64,000 nt of DNA from assembly GCA_016748015.1 (NCBI GenBank), contig JAAOMT010000295.1, forward strand, positions 744,001 through 808,000, read 5' to 3'. The translations under genes and the position numbers were made by a program. This document shows positions 49,427-62,058 of the stretch, piece after piece; position 1 is the first letter of the stretch; the number at the start of each line of letters is the position of its first letter. The stretch comes from Geosiphon pyriformis uo1 (Eukaryota; Fungi; Glomeromycota). The notes under the pieces were generated by a model, which made no database searches, had not been told where the DNA came from, and saw nothing but the letters and a program-made list of their open reading frames with translations.

Positions 49427-52104
49427 ACACACCTCCAAAGGATGAGAGTACAAGCCAACCAGAAAAAAACCCCTTTTTCACTTTTAATTTAACTGATAAT
49501 AATCATAATATGGATAAATTAGCAATCAACACCTCTAAATTAATCAGAAAGAAGAAAAAAACTAAGATTGATTTTGTCTTGGACCCAAACAAAGCATCCA
49601 AATCAACTGCTAATAACAATAAGCTACCAAAAACTAAAGTTTTTAAAAATCCTCCAAAGTTGGAACCTCCAGAAATTGTACAAAAATCTGGCCCTTATTC
49701 TGTTGTTAAAGATCTCATGGAAATCCCAGCATACATTATATTTGGCCAACTAATGACCCATCCACAGTTCAGAAAAGATCTTCACAAATCATTGATACCA
49801 AAAAAAAAGACACCAAAGATCAACAAATGCTCTTGCCAAGCTGAACTTGCTAATAACAGCAATGTTACCCCTTTGATTTGTAAAGCCCAAGTGGCTGGTT
49901 ACTTTATTGATTTGATTCTAGACAGTGGGTTATCTGTTAGTGTAATTGCCAAACATTTTTTTGAAACAATTGGCAGAAAAATTGATGAGCCTTCCACAAG
50001 ACCAATAACCAATGTACATGGTAACAAGAAGAAAGGCCTGGACATAGCCAAAGCTATTCCTGTCCACATTAATGATATCAGCATTGAAACTAATATGGAA
50101 GTATCTGAAGCAAAAGAGTACACTATCATTGTTGGTAATGAATGGTTTAAGAAAACCAAAGCACTATTTGACTATGAACTTTGCAAGCTAACCATCAGAT
50201 GTAGTAAAAAACCCATTGTGATTAAATGCTGTCATTGGACAACTTCTCTAGCAACCAAACAGAACCAAGAAAAAAAACAATCAGATGAATCAAATAATGA
50301 TGAAAGCAATAATGAAGATCAAGAAGAACCAGAAAAAACTGCTGAACTTGCTTATACTATCTTTACCAACAATGGCAAGCCATTGGATAATGTTAAAGCT
50401 GACAAAAAAAAAATCATGGTAAATGGCAAGCTAATCTGCTGGCCCTACTATGATATCCTCAGAAGAACCTTTGACAGAAAACCTAGCAAGAAAGCAAAAT
50501 ACAGTTATTGGTGGCATGGCCCTTGTGCATGATGCTAGTGTAATAAACTTTTGTATTCACCAAGTGATGAATGCAAATCCTGCCTAATCTATTACAAAGA
50601 TTGGAAACCAATTAGCTTGATACCTCGAAAAGAACTTAAAGAAGTACAAAAGTCTTTTAAGAATAAACCATCTGAAATCCAATTACTAGTTGTAGAACAA
50701 AAAAAACCTTCCCTTGAAGAAAGAAAAATAGACATTGAAAATCTGTTGGCTAGAAATAGCCCAGTTATTTCAAAAGAAGGTAACATCCCTGGACAAATCC
50801 ATGTAATACAACATACCATTATCACAAAAGAAACTTGCCCCATCTATTTAAAGTTTTATCAATCCAATTGACACAATGATGAGTTTATCAAGAAAAAGAT
50901 AAACCAGATAAAAGATCTTGGATTCATACAAGAAACCAAAAGTAAATGAGCTTTTCCAGTTGTAGTGGTATCCAAGAAAGGTGGAACTCTACACTTCTGT
51001 ATTGACTACTGCCAACTAAATGCCATCACTATAAGAAACATGTACCTACTCCCCAAAATTGATGCAATGCTAAATAAATTTAATGGTGCTGCTTTCTTCT
51101 CAACTATTGATTTAACTGCTGGATTTTGGCAAGTAAAAATGGATCCAGAAAGCAGAAAAAAAACTGTCTTCATTACTAAGTATGGTATCTATGAATTCAC
51201 AGTCATGCCTTTTGGTCTTACCAATGCTCCTTTCATCTTTTAACGCCTAATAGATAAAGTGTTTAAATCAGTAAAAGAAAACTTTGTTTTGGTTTATTTG
51301 GACGACATAATGGTATATTCAAAAACCTGGGATGAACACCTTGAACATTTACAGAAGGTTTTTGACCTGCTCAGAAATGCTGGCCTTAATATCAATCCAA
51401 TCAAATTTTTCTTTGGACATCAATCCATCCAGTTTCTTAGTCATCTTATTACAAAAGATTGAATCTTCTCTGACCCAGCTAAAGTTGAAAAAGTCCAAAA
51501 CATTAGACAACCAATAAATGTTCTTGAACTACACTCTTTTTTTGGTTTGGCCTCTTACTATTGTAAATTTATCAAAGATTTCTCCAAAATTGCCTTTCTT
51601 TTCAACCAGCAACTCAGAAAAAATGTTAATTATCATTAGGGCACTCATCAACAAAAAGCTTTTGAATTTCTAAAGGAAAAACTTGTTACTGAACCAATTC
51701 TCAAACAACCTAATCTGGACCAATCTTTTATCCTCCACACTGATGCATCTGGCTATGGACTTGGTGCTGTCTTTTCACAGAAAGATGAAAATAGCAGAGA
51801 ACATGCCATAGCATATGCCAGTAGATCCCTCACACCAGCAGAAAAGAACTATTCAGTTACTGAACAGAAATGTTTAGCAGTAGTTTGGATTATTAGCTAC
51901 TGGGATCAATATCTTCTTGGTGCAAAATTCTTAGTGGTAACAGATCATCAAGCCTTGGTTTGGCTGTGCAAGAAAAAGAAGCTGAAACACAAATGAATAA
52001 CTTGCTGGATACTCCACTTAGATGAATTTGACTATGATATTCAATACTGCAAAGAAGCAAATCATCAAAATGCCAACACTCTATCTAGACTTACCATCCA
52101 GTGA
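49414..52104 (+). pseudogene. pol: D+ pol: PR (LILDSG), RT (YLDD), RNase H; no dUTPase
   Basis: ORFs 49510-50532, 50551-50871, 50965-51243 and 51259-51462; ends SRLTIQ*. Confidence 0.93.
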
Positions 52105-52168
52105 CAATACAACCTCTCAAACCAAACCAACTTAATTATTAGTAACTCCTTTACAAACAAACACGATA

Positions 52169-53429
52169 ATGAACTTGAACAACTACTCTGTTTTAATGAA
52201 ATTTTTGGGTAAAGGACAATACCCACCTGAATACACTCAACAGCAAAGAGAACATTTGTGCAAACAATCAAATTTTTATTTGATCCACCAGAACCAATTA
52301 TACAAAAGAAACAGAAAAGATCCTGACCATCTCCAGAGAGTCATCAGATTTGAAAAAAAAGAAATTGTAATATACAACATGCACACTGACTCATTAGCTG
52401 GACACTTTGGAAAAACAAAAACAATTCAGAAAACTTTAGCTTATTATTATTGGCCTATTTTGGGAAAAGACATTGCTGAATACATTAAAATCTGTAACAT
52501 CTGCCAAAGAAGAGGCAAACCCAATTGCAAAAAAGATATCTATCCAATCTCTGTTGGTCAATCCTTTGACAAAATTGGTATAGATGTTGTTGGACTTTTA
52601 ACAATCACTCTTGATGGCAACAGATATATTATTACAGCTACCAACTATCTTACAAAGTAGGTAAAAGCAAGAGCTATCCCAGACCAAATAGCAGTCTTAA
52701 TAGCCAATTTCATTTATGAAGATATTATTTGCCATCATGGCTGCCCCAAAGAACTTTTATTTGATAGAGGAAGAGCTTTTCTCAGTACACTGGTTGAAAA
52801 ACTTTGTAGAAAATGGGAATACATCATAAACTTTCCTCCTCTTATCACCCCCAAACAAATGGCCTAGTGGAATGTTTTAATAGAACATTATGTGAAACCC
52901 TAGCCAAAACCAGTGAAGAAACAAACTTATGAGACAAAGTACTGTTTTCAGCTTTGTTTACTTATAGAACTGTAAATCATGACATAACAAATTATGAACC
53001 TTTTTTCCTGCTCTATGGATGCATGGCAACACTACCAATAGAAATTGACATTGAAACAATACCCTTTGAAGAGATCACAATAGAAAATTACAAAGCCATT
53101 TTGCAAAGAAGACTTGGTACCATTTTTGACTCCTTAGTAGAAGCATGAATAATTGCTTTTGAAAAGATAAAACAGTTTCAAGAAAAGCTTAAGAAAAAAA
53201 AACCTATAAAACACTTTCTTTAAGTGTTGATAACTTGGTACTAGAATACTGTTCTGACAGAAACAATGTTTATGGTGATAAATTTTCTAACTGGTGGAAA
53301 GGACTCTTTATAGTCAACAAAGTCTTGAACAATGGTTTTTATATTCTTCAAGATCAATCCGAAACAATCTTCAATGATTGTCCTGTTCATGGTGCACAAC
53401 TCAAAAAATATCATAAACGACCTGATTAG
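52169..53429 (+). pseudogene. D+ integrase (separate ORF with its own ATG)
   Basis: ORFs 52169-52660, 52954-53148 and 53235-53429. Confidence 0.92.
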
Positions 53430-53521
53430 CTGTCTGTTGTAGTAATACTGACTCAAATGATTAGCAAAAATCAAGTATAAATAAATGCACCATACCTAAA
53501 ACAGAGATATCTTCAATCAAC

Positions 53522-54177
53522 ATGAACAATTATTTTCTGAATCAAAACATTCAAAATGCTTTTTATACTTTTCATGAGTATTGGATCAAAAACTATCCAA
53601 ATACTACTCTGACCATTGAAAAACAAACCACCATAACTGATAACAGTAGAACACATACTGTTATTAGACAAAGAAAACTACTACCAGAAGAGAAAAAATT
53701 GGTAGTAAAATGGATAAATATCTGTTGGAAAGTATAACAGCAGCTATACTTCCACTTTCCAGCACAATTGGAAAAACACTTTAAGAAATCTTACCCATAG
53801 ACAAAAACTTGTCATATGAAAGGCAATTAGAACTCTATGGTTATCTTGGTAAAATCATAGAGGATATGAAACTCATAAAGAAAACAACTTCAGAGATACA
53901 AACAGAAATTTTGGGCATTATATGATTAAATGTTCCAAGAGTTTTAACAATTGCTAGAAGAACCAAAACTCTAATATAAAGATTTGGTCTCTTGGATACA
54001 AAACTCATTTTGCTTCAAGTGTTATATATCTTATCCACAAAAGACTTCAACAAACTAGTTAGCTTTGAGTTAGATAAAACCCTTCCAATAAATTACACCA
54101 TAAATAGTTTAATTTTGCTGGAGCTCAATCTCTTTGGAGAGGATGATGTTATGGTTGAAACTTATACTTCTTATTAA
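53522..54177 (+). pseudogene. D+ ORF3 (~218 aa), ends inside the 3' LTR
   Basis: MNNYFLNQNIQNAF...LYGYLGKII...ARRTKTLI...LSTKDFNKL...VETYTSY*; present in all four D copies. Confidence 0.78.
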
Positions 54178-54813
54178 TTATCACATGTATTAGCCATTGA
54201 TGTCACATAAATTAGCCACTCTATTTTTAGTAAGTGATCATTGACCTGATCATTGACCTAGTCATTGAGCTGATTATTGACCACTTTTGACAGCTATATA
54301 AGTGATAAATCTCTTAGCTATAGAAAAGCATGAAGAAATCAAGGAAATCAAAATAATAAAATAACAACTTTCATTTCAATCTCTCTCTTATCACTAATTT
54401 CCCTTTCCTTACTTTCAAGTATCTGAACATCTTAAAAATAAAAGATTACTTGTTGGTTATTTCCTATTCTTTTCCTGAAATATGTAATTGCAGCATTTGA
54501 AGATTATTGAATAAAACGTGACTGAAGAGTACATCTAATACCTAATATTGAATTCTAAGAGTGCCAACATGAGGCATAGAATTATTATAGACATAATTAT
54601 TTGTTGACAATATGGACTATCTTTCTACCTTCAGATTTCCCAGATACTTTTAAAAAGTATAGCAACTGAAATATTTTATGAGACTGATCTCACACATTGA
54701 ATCCATACTTATTCAATTCACTCATTGAAGTTGAAATCCCTTTGATTATTTTCATCACCCTACAATCCTGTTTTCTCTTGCTATCCATTAGCTTGTTACT
54801 CTAACTCATAACA
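54147..54813 (+). repeat. 3' LTR of D+
   Basis: Repeat of 47191-47833 plus two extra 12-bp units. Confidence 0.95.
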
Positions 54814-55246
54814 CTAGTATAACCAGAAAATTTATAAGGTATCCCACTATTACATAAAGTAACTCTACCACAAAAAACATCAACCAATATCTCATTACAC
54901 TGCATGAATCTATCACCCATCTTAACTTTGGATATGCTGTCATTATTACTACTATTTTCTAATAATATATGTATGTTGGACCCATTCAATGGGCTTCTCT
55001 TACCTCTATTATCAATATCCACTGATTTTTCCCACTCAGTCTGTGCTTTGCAACATTCTTCTCATAACTTATTTCTTGCTTGAGTTACAGCCCATTTACA
55101 CATTTTAATCAGTATATTATTGTTAGTCTTTTGATTGATGTTAGCAAAGGTATTGATTCTTCTAAATTGCTTATCAATCAATCCTTTGCATAGCAGATCT
55201 ATGTTGGGTGTCAACATAATGTACTCTTAGTTTATGGTTTTATGTT

Positions 55247-55274
55247 CCCCTCCCCCCCCCCCCCCCCCCCCCCC
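55247..55274. repeat. Poly-C tract (CCCCT followed by C23)
   Basis: Read directly from the sequence. Confidence 0.9.
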
Positions 55275-58200
55275 AGTCTTTGATAAGCACTGCATCCACT
55301 CATTTCTTATCTCATCTATTAGTGTTTTGCCTTTTTGAGTATTCAAAAAGCATTCCCAAAAGTGCTGGTTGGTCTCTACTTCCATGTAACATATTTTGCA
55401 AAGATTGTTTAGATACACCAGAAGACATCTGTTGTACAGCACTTCTGCCATTGGCAGCATGTTGTGAAATGATTTTATAATAAATGTATGTATTGCTGAG
55501 GAACCAGCTGAGATGAAGCCTGAAGACATTTTACCATCCCAGTTTTAAATCTTGGTTGTGCCCTTCCAGTCTATTTCTTGGTCTAAAGGCCCTAATGTCC
55601 TCTGGACTTTGTTATTGCTTATCCAATCCAAAGCAACTTGAAGCCCAGTTTGTTGGCTTAGGAAGTGTCTAATATTTAAATCCAACTCAATTTTTCTGCA
55701 AAAGGAAACATAACTAACATCTTTGGCATTGTAGGCCCACTCCACTGTGTTGAAAGCAGTAGCTTCTTTGGCTAGTTTATTAGCCTTCTCATTTTCAGAT
55801 ACTTCAGTATGTACAGCCACTTTGTTTATGGTAAGATCAATCTTTTTTTTACCTATTACTGCTTTGATTGCATTTTATGTACACCAGTTAGAAGTTTTGA
55901 ATAGACAAAAGGGAATTTTTAGACAACTATTTTCGAGCTGTTAATACAACTGCTTGACTATCTGTGTTTAATATCAGTTTGCATTTGTATGGTACTGTCT
56001 CCAAAGCCAGTAATACAGTCTTAGCCTCAGTTTTTGTTGATAACAATGTTCCATCTACTGCTATACCATAACTAGCTTTTATTTCATGTATTACAAAAAC
56101 AGCTGCTCTTCTAGCTTCCACAGAACCAGCTTTTACCAATAAGCCATTTGTTGATATTTCTATTTCTTTTCTGAGCCTCAACTTCTCTCATACCCTCTTC
56201 CATTGTGGCAATAAGCTGTCAGGAATATAGATGTAAATAGAGTCTTTTTGCAATGTTTCCAAATCATCTGGTATTTGGGTATCTAATTTGTGTATTCCCA
56301 GTGCTTCACATTGGGCTATATCAATGTTCCTGTATTCATCCATAATGATCATAGATTCTAGTACCTTAAACCATCTGGGTATTCTACCACTGTCACTCTG
56401 TCTGTACCTCTTTGTGAAGTCCATCCATGTCATTAGCAATCCATCCATGTTCTGTACCTAATGCAAATACAAAATGTTCTCCTTTCTCAGTAAGCCTCTA
56501 ACTTTAGTATAGGTTGCACTTGAAGCTATAATAGTCTCAATTAAGTGTTCATGTAGTTTTGAAGATTCAGATACTCCATGTGTGTTACCAGAGCTTTTAA
56601 ATGAGATGCCCCTTTCTTCCATTATCTGCATGATATTTGCTATAAGATTAATCCCTGGCTTAGATTATTCTTTAGTAGGATATTCAAGTATACTATGAGC
56701 TGACCATCTTTGTGCTTGCAAGTTGGCTAATCTGATTTTTGTAGCCATTTCAGCAATATCATTACCATTCAATTTAACCAACAAATCTGTGATCTTGTTT
56801 TTTGCTTGTATATCATCAATTTTGAACAAGTTGTACAAAGATAAGTGATGCATGACACTGGCTGGACCTTTTTCTTTACAATGGCTAAGATTTTTGAGGT
56901 TTATTTTCTGGCCCAGCTATTTGGAATATGGGTCAATTGAGATCTAAATTCTATTACAGGACTGAGTACACTGTTGAAAATGTAAATTACCTGTTTTTTA
57001 GTAATGTGTTTCTTCCTAATAACGCCATACACTGCTTCAATATCAGATCTTATCATTTTCAGCACTATTTTATTCTTTCCATCTGCTCTAATCCACACTC
57101 CCAAATATTGGGTATATATAGATGGATCTAACAATTTTAAGGATTGTTTATTTGGCCCAAATTTCAGTGGCTCAACCAACAAAAATTTTCTTTTGAAGGG
57201 TTTGACCACTATTGTTTCAGTCTTATCTAAGTTGATCTCAATATCCACTATTCTAAAGAAAAAACTGGCTGTGTTCAAAATACTCTGCATCCCTTGTTTT
57301 GAGTTAGCTATCCACATTGTGTCATCAACAAAAGCTAAGTGGTTTACTGATACTGCCAAAGATTGTGTGTTAGGTTGATTGTTCTATTTTTTCCATTCAG
57401 CTGTTAATTTGTATTTTTGACTATAATTGGTTTTTTTACTTCACACAGTAAGAGGTCATAGAAAATCTTCCACATAATGGGTGAGCTTGTTTCCTTCTGA
57501 TCCAGTCTATCTTGTACTTGATATTCATCACTTAATCCAAACTCAGTTATGATCCTATTGCTTCTATTGTTGTGCATCAAGCCAAATAACTCAGTAAACC
57601 TATTGTTTATCTTGATCTTTCTTAGTGCAGCTTTCATGGGTTTCCATCTGACTGAGTTGTATGTCTTTTTCATGTTCTGAAATGTAAACCAAGCTTCATT
57701 ACCAAATTCTCTTACATGTTTAGCAACAGCATTAATTACATAAATTGGCACTGCTGTGGAGGTATTCTTTAGAACTGAGGTGTTGTAACCTTTTAGGACA
57801 TTGTGAAGCTCACATGCTTTTGATATTCTTGCAATTAGAATCTTTGTTAAGATCTTTCTAGTACTCTCAATTAGTGTGATTGGTTAATATTGCCACCCTA
57901 TTCTTTTGGCTTTGGAATCAGTATGACTTGTGCTATTCTCTACTCTTTAGGCATGTTTGCTGTATCTATGTAAGCATTAAGCAATGTTCTCAGTTTGGAC
58001 TTAGTATTAGGCCCAGCTTTCCTCCAGAGTTCAGCTTGAATGTCTGATGGGCCAGGGGCTTTGTTATAAGGTGTGTGGCTCAATATGTGTTCAAATTTTT
58101 CATTTGTTATTTCAATTATCACACCATCAAAGGCATGGTCTGGGATGCTCTCAATTGGCTTAAATCTGTGTTCCCAATTCTTCCACAGTTTAGATTCAAG

Positions 58201-58635
58201 AATTCTTGTCCTAGTCCAACCTTGAGCTTTTTTGTTTACTAGCTTCTTGATCTTATTAGGATCATCATGAAATTTGCCTTCTTCAATGACATGGTCCAGT
58301 ATAATTCTTTGTTTTTTTCTGTTCAGAATGCTTTTGATCATAGCTCTTTTGTTTAGTTCTAAGTTTTGTTGTCTTTTGATGATATTGTTCACTATTTGTC
58401 TCTGCTGTTGTAGTCTGATTCTGGCATGCAGTGTTGATCTGTATTTTTTCTGGATGCTAAGTAATTCTAAGATAAGCTTATCTTTTGGAAGAGTCATCAG
58501 ATATGTAATTACTGTTTCAGGATTCAGCTGTTTCCATTTAGCCAACAGCTACATAACATTGTTATCATGCATATCTGCATTGTTTACTCTTATTTGTTTG
58601 ATTATATCAGCAACAATCCTTACAAGCTTGTGATC

Positions 58636-61036
58636 AAAATTTCATGACCACAAATAGAGCTAAAAATAAAAAAGTTGCAAATATTACTTTTCCTATAGTA
58701 ACTAATAAAGTTTCAACATGAAAGGGTCTCTCTGTTATTGAAGCAGCTAGACAAAACGTTCTGGCTACATTTCTTTTAAAAAATATTAGTGAAAAGCTGC
58801 CTTTAGTAGCTTCTGGTTCATTTTCTTTACCTTTGGCTGGTAGTTCTTCTCCAGTCAAAGTTCCTTCCAAAAGACACACTTGGATTAATCCCAGTGTTGT
58901 CTCTACTACTTCTAAAAGCCCAAAGATTTTTAATAACAGACCAGTCAACAAGTTGGTCTTTCCTGCTCTTACTACTCCCACTACTACTTCTACTACTACT
59001 ACTTCACAAATGGCCGTGAAAGCAAAAAATTCCAAAAAACAGCAGCAGACAGTCACAACTGCTATGGTCACACCAAACCTTTTTGTGGTTTCAGATGAAA
59101 TCTTTGGTAAGATCTCCACAGCAGCAGCTAGCCCTCTTCTTAATATGGATGGCAACAGCAGCAGCACATCTCCCAAGATGGGCCAAGATTAACCACTGGC
59201 TGTGTTGCCTGATGTGGTACTCTCCAGCAGATCATCACCAATCCCAGTAGCAAAACAGTCCATCAACCCAAATGATCTCAAAGATTGGGCTGATCAGATG
59301 GAAATGGAATCAACTGTCACTCTCCCAGTTTCTGGCACTGCTGATGGTGGTGCTTGGGAAAATGTGTATGGTTGTCAGAGATTCTCTGGTTGGGTGGCCT
59401 CCAATCTAGTATCTGGTGCCACATTTAAGATCAAGATGACCCTTCTTTGTTCCTTGTTTCAGCTGCTGCCTGGTTGTATTGGGCTTAAGTCAGTTTCACA
59501 AGATGCTGTTAAGTTGTTCTGTGTGGAATTTGCATCTCAGGAGAGTCTAACTGGTGCCACCAAAGTGGCCATTGGTAATAAAATTTTTTTGACCACTCTT
59601 AAGATTGCATGGTCTTCTGGTGTGACCTCTGCTTCTTCTCTTTTTCTGTCAGTTGCACTGCACAACATACCTTTGGGTACCTCTTCTGATGACATCAAAA
59701 CTGCTCTTGGCATTTTTGGTGTTGTCACTTCTGTTAAGTTAAAGCCTGCAATATGCTGTGGTTTATTTTAAGGACACTTCTTCTACTGCTACTGCTCTCT
59801 CTCACTGGTCTGTTTTGGTCAGAAAAGACAGTGTTAGGATTCTTCCCATTACCAACCAAAAGGAGATTATCTCCTCAAAAGATATCTTCAAAGCTAAGCT
59901 GGTCAATCTTTCCTTTGGCTGTACTGCATTTGAAATAAGTGATTTGGTCTCCCAAGTTGGTGGCCGTACATGTTTTATTTCCTGCTCCTCTGATTTCTAT
60001 TGACGTCAACAGTTTGCTGTGGTTATCTTTGATTCCTTGGAATCTTTGAACATTGCTGTTTCTAAAACTAGTATCTTATGTGGTTGCTGTATCTGGTGGG
60101 AAACTCCTGGATGTCGCTGCTACTATAGGTGTCAAGGTCTGGACCATTTGGCTTTAGAGTGTAAGGTGTCCCTACCTCTCTCTCCCAAAGTCCCTTCCAA
60201 CTTCTCTGGTGGCCCCAAAGTTTTCAAATCCTCATTTGCTGGATCCAAATCTTATGCCAAAGCTGCTGCTATTGTGGTTCCTCCTGTTGCTGCTGCTGTT
60301 GATATGAACTTGGATCATGGTGGTTCTCTTCCAACTATTACATTCATGTTGCCTGTTGCTTCTTTTGCTATCAATAATGCTGTCAAAGCTAGGTTGGCTT
60401 CTCTGGAATCCCATTTTAGTAAACTGTCTTTGCTAATAAAATCCTTGGTTGAGCCTGTTGGTGCTCTGGTTGTTTTAGTTACCAAATTGTTGTCTACTCC
60501 ACCTGCTGTGGATGTGTCTATTAAGGAAAGTGTAGCTGGGTTGGCTGGGCAGAATAAAGACTTGGCTGCCATTACTATTGTGACGCAGAAAAGATTGACA
60601 TGTCTAGAAAAAAGTGTGAATGGGCCTGCTTAGAAGATGTGTCAGATAATGATGACATGAATGACAATGATGATGATGATATCAAAGATAAAGATTTCTC
60701 TGTCTATGATAACACATTTGATGTTATGATGCATTTATGGGAAGATCAGCCATCCAGTATCAAATCCAGTCCTGATCTAACTGCTAAGTAAATAAGTGGT
60801 ATAGTTAAGAATAGTCATGAGCTTGTTAGCATCATGGGTAAGATGAATGAATTAGATATGTTTAATACACTTGGTAGCATAGGTAGTACTAGCATGTAGT
60901 TAGAGCTTTCCACCTATGGTTAGCTGCATCTTGTAATTTTTGTATTATTGGATGAGCTGGCTTTATGAAACCATCACATTACTGTTGACTTAACTAATAA
61001 ATGATCAGCATGGCTACATGTTAACAAAAAAAAAAA
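58636..61036 (+). mobile_element. ORF1-only (HAL1-like) non-autonomous retroposon, copy 1; 14-bp TSD, poly(A), LINE3-type 3' tail
   Basis: TSD ACAAGCTTGTGATC at 58622-58635 and 61037-61050; poly(A) at 61026-61036; a single degenerate ORF. Confidence 0.92.
58644..60899 (+). pseudogene. LINE ORF1-like protein (~750 aa: S/T-rich N-terminus, RRM-like segments, CCHC knuckle, coiled-coil/acidic tail)
   Basis: MTTNRAK...; ORFs 58833-59192, 59202-59771, 59758-60003, 60019-60633 (YYRCQGLDHLALEC) and 60600-60791; ends GSTSM*. Confidence 0.85.
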
Positions 61037-62058
61037 ACAAGCTTGTGATCCAAGCATTTTTTCTTTGTGTGTGCAGATTGGGCTCCCACTTTTCTTTTTG
61101 GTAAGCAGTCAACAGTTTGTAACACAGTCTCCTTAATTATAAGCCACATCTGGTTTAAATCATCATTGCTGTTATCTATTGATTTTCTTTGTGCTTTATC
61201 TGTTAGTCAATTAATTTCTCTTGCATAGATCTCCCATTGAACTCCAGATGCTTCTCTAACATCAACCATGGTTGTGCTACTCTTCTTTCTTTCTGATCTA
61301 GATTTTTTAATGCCTGCCAATATTCTGTTAGATTGAATAATTGTTACTACTGCTTTGTGATCAGTGCTAAATAATTCATTAACATCAATCACCCCAATGT
61401 TTGTGACCAGTAAGGCTGTAACTGCATCAGTAAACACATAGTCTAATCTTCTTTGTACTCCATTTGATGCTCATGTCTTTTCTGGATTGTTTGTTGCATA
61501 TACTTCATGTGTATCCACTAAATTCATATGTTGTAGTGTTGTAGCAGTAGGACATGCTTTGACCCTGTTTGTAACAAATGTTTCTTCAAGTGATTTGGAT
61601 GTTAGATCTTCAATCAAATTGCTTGCTACTATGATTATCTCTTTGTTTTGCTTTCCATAGGTGATTTGGAAGCAGACATGTACAGCCCAACTATATGCAC
61701 ACTAATTTTACTTCTAAATTTCAATGCCAAATATAACAGCCTTCTATGGTATCTCCTGATTGTTTCCACATGATGCATCCAACCTTTTTTGACCAATATA
61801 CCAACTCCAGTTCCCATTTGTTTCTCATCACTTGACTCCCAAAAGGCATGATATTCATCAGAGCCAAAAAATACACCCTTTTCTTTGGATGAAGTCAGTT
61901 TAGTTTCCATAATAATCACAAAGTCAAATTGTTCTTCAATACACCATTGTAGCACCTCTTCAGCTTTGCCAGGATTATTAAGTCTTCTAACATTAATAGT
62001 ACCAATTTTCCAAGTATTGTTATTGGAGTGGTTCTGTTCTGTGTTGGAATTAAATGTG

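Larger units (their letters stand above)
47191..54813 (+). mobile_element. Gypsy D copy D+, full length, perfect 4-bp TSD CTAG
   Basis: LTRs 47191-47833 and 54147-54813; CTAG at 47187-47190 and 54814-54817; PBS and PPT present. Confidence 0.96.

Noticed and set aside
49403-49440. 38-nt GT..AG intron fusing gag and pol in D
   Set aside because: It is very short with a weak donor site; the in-phase UUUAAAC explains the junction better, although the intron is not formally excluded.
53522-54177. Calling ORF3 an env gene (errantivirus)
   Set aside because: It is only ~220 aa, with no signal peptide, transmembrane helix or furin site visible.
58634-59176. Antisense ORFs from the ORF track (e.g. 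58634-59176, 23103-23522, 63487-63882, 1328-1696)
   Set aside because: They are shadow frames opposite recognisable TE coding sequence.
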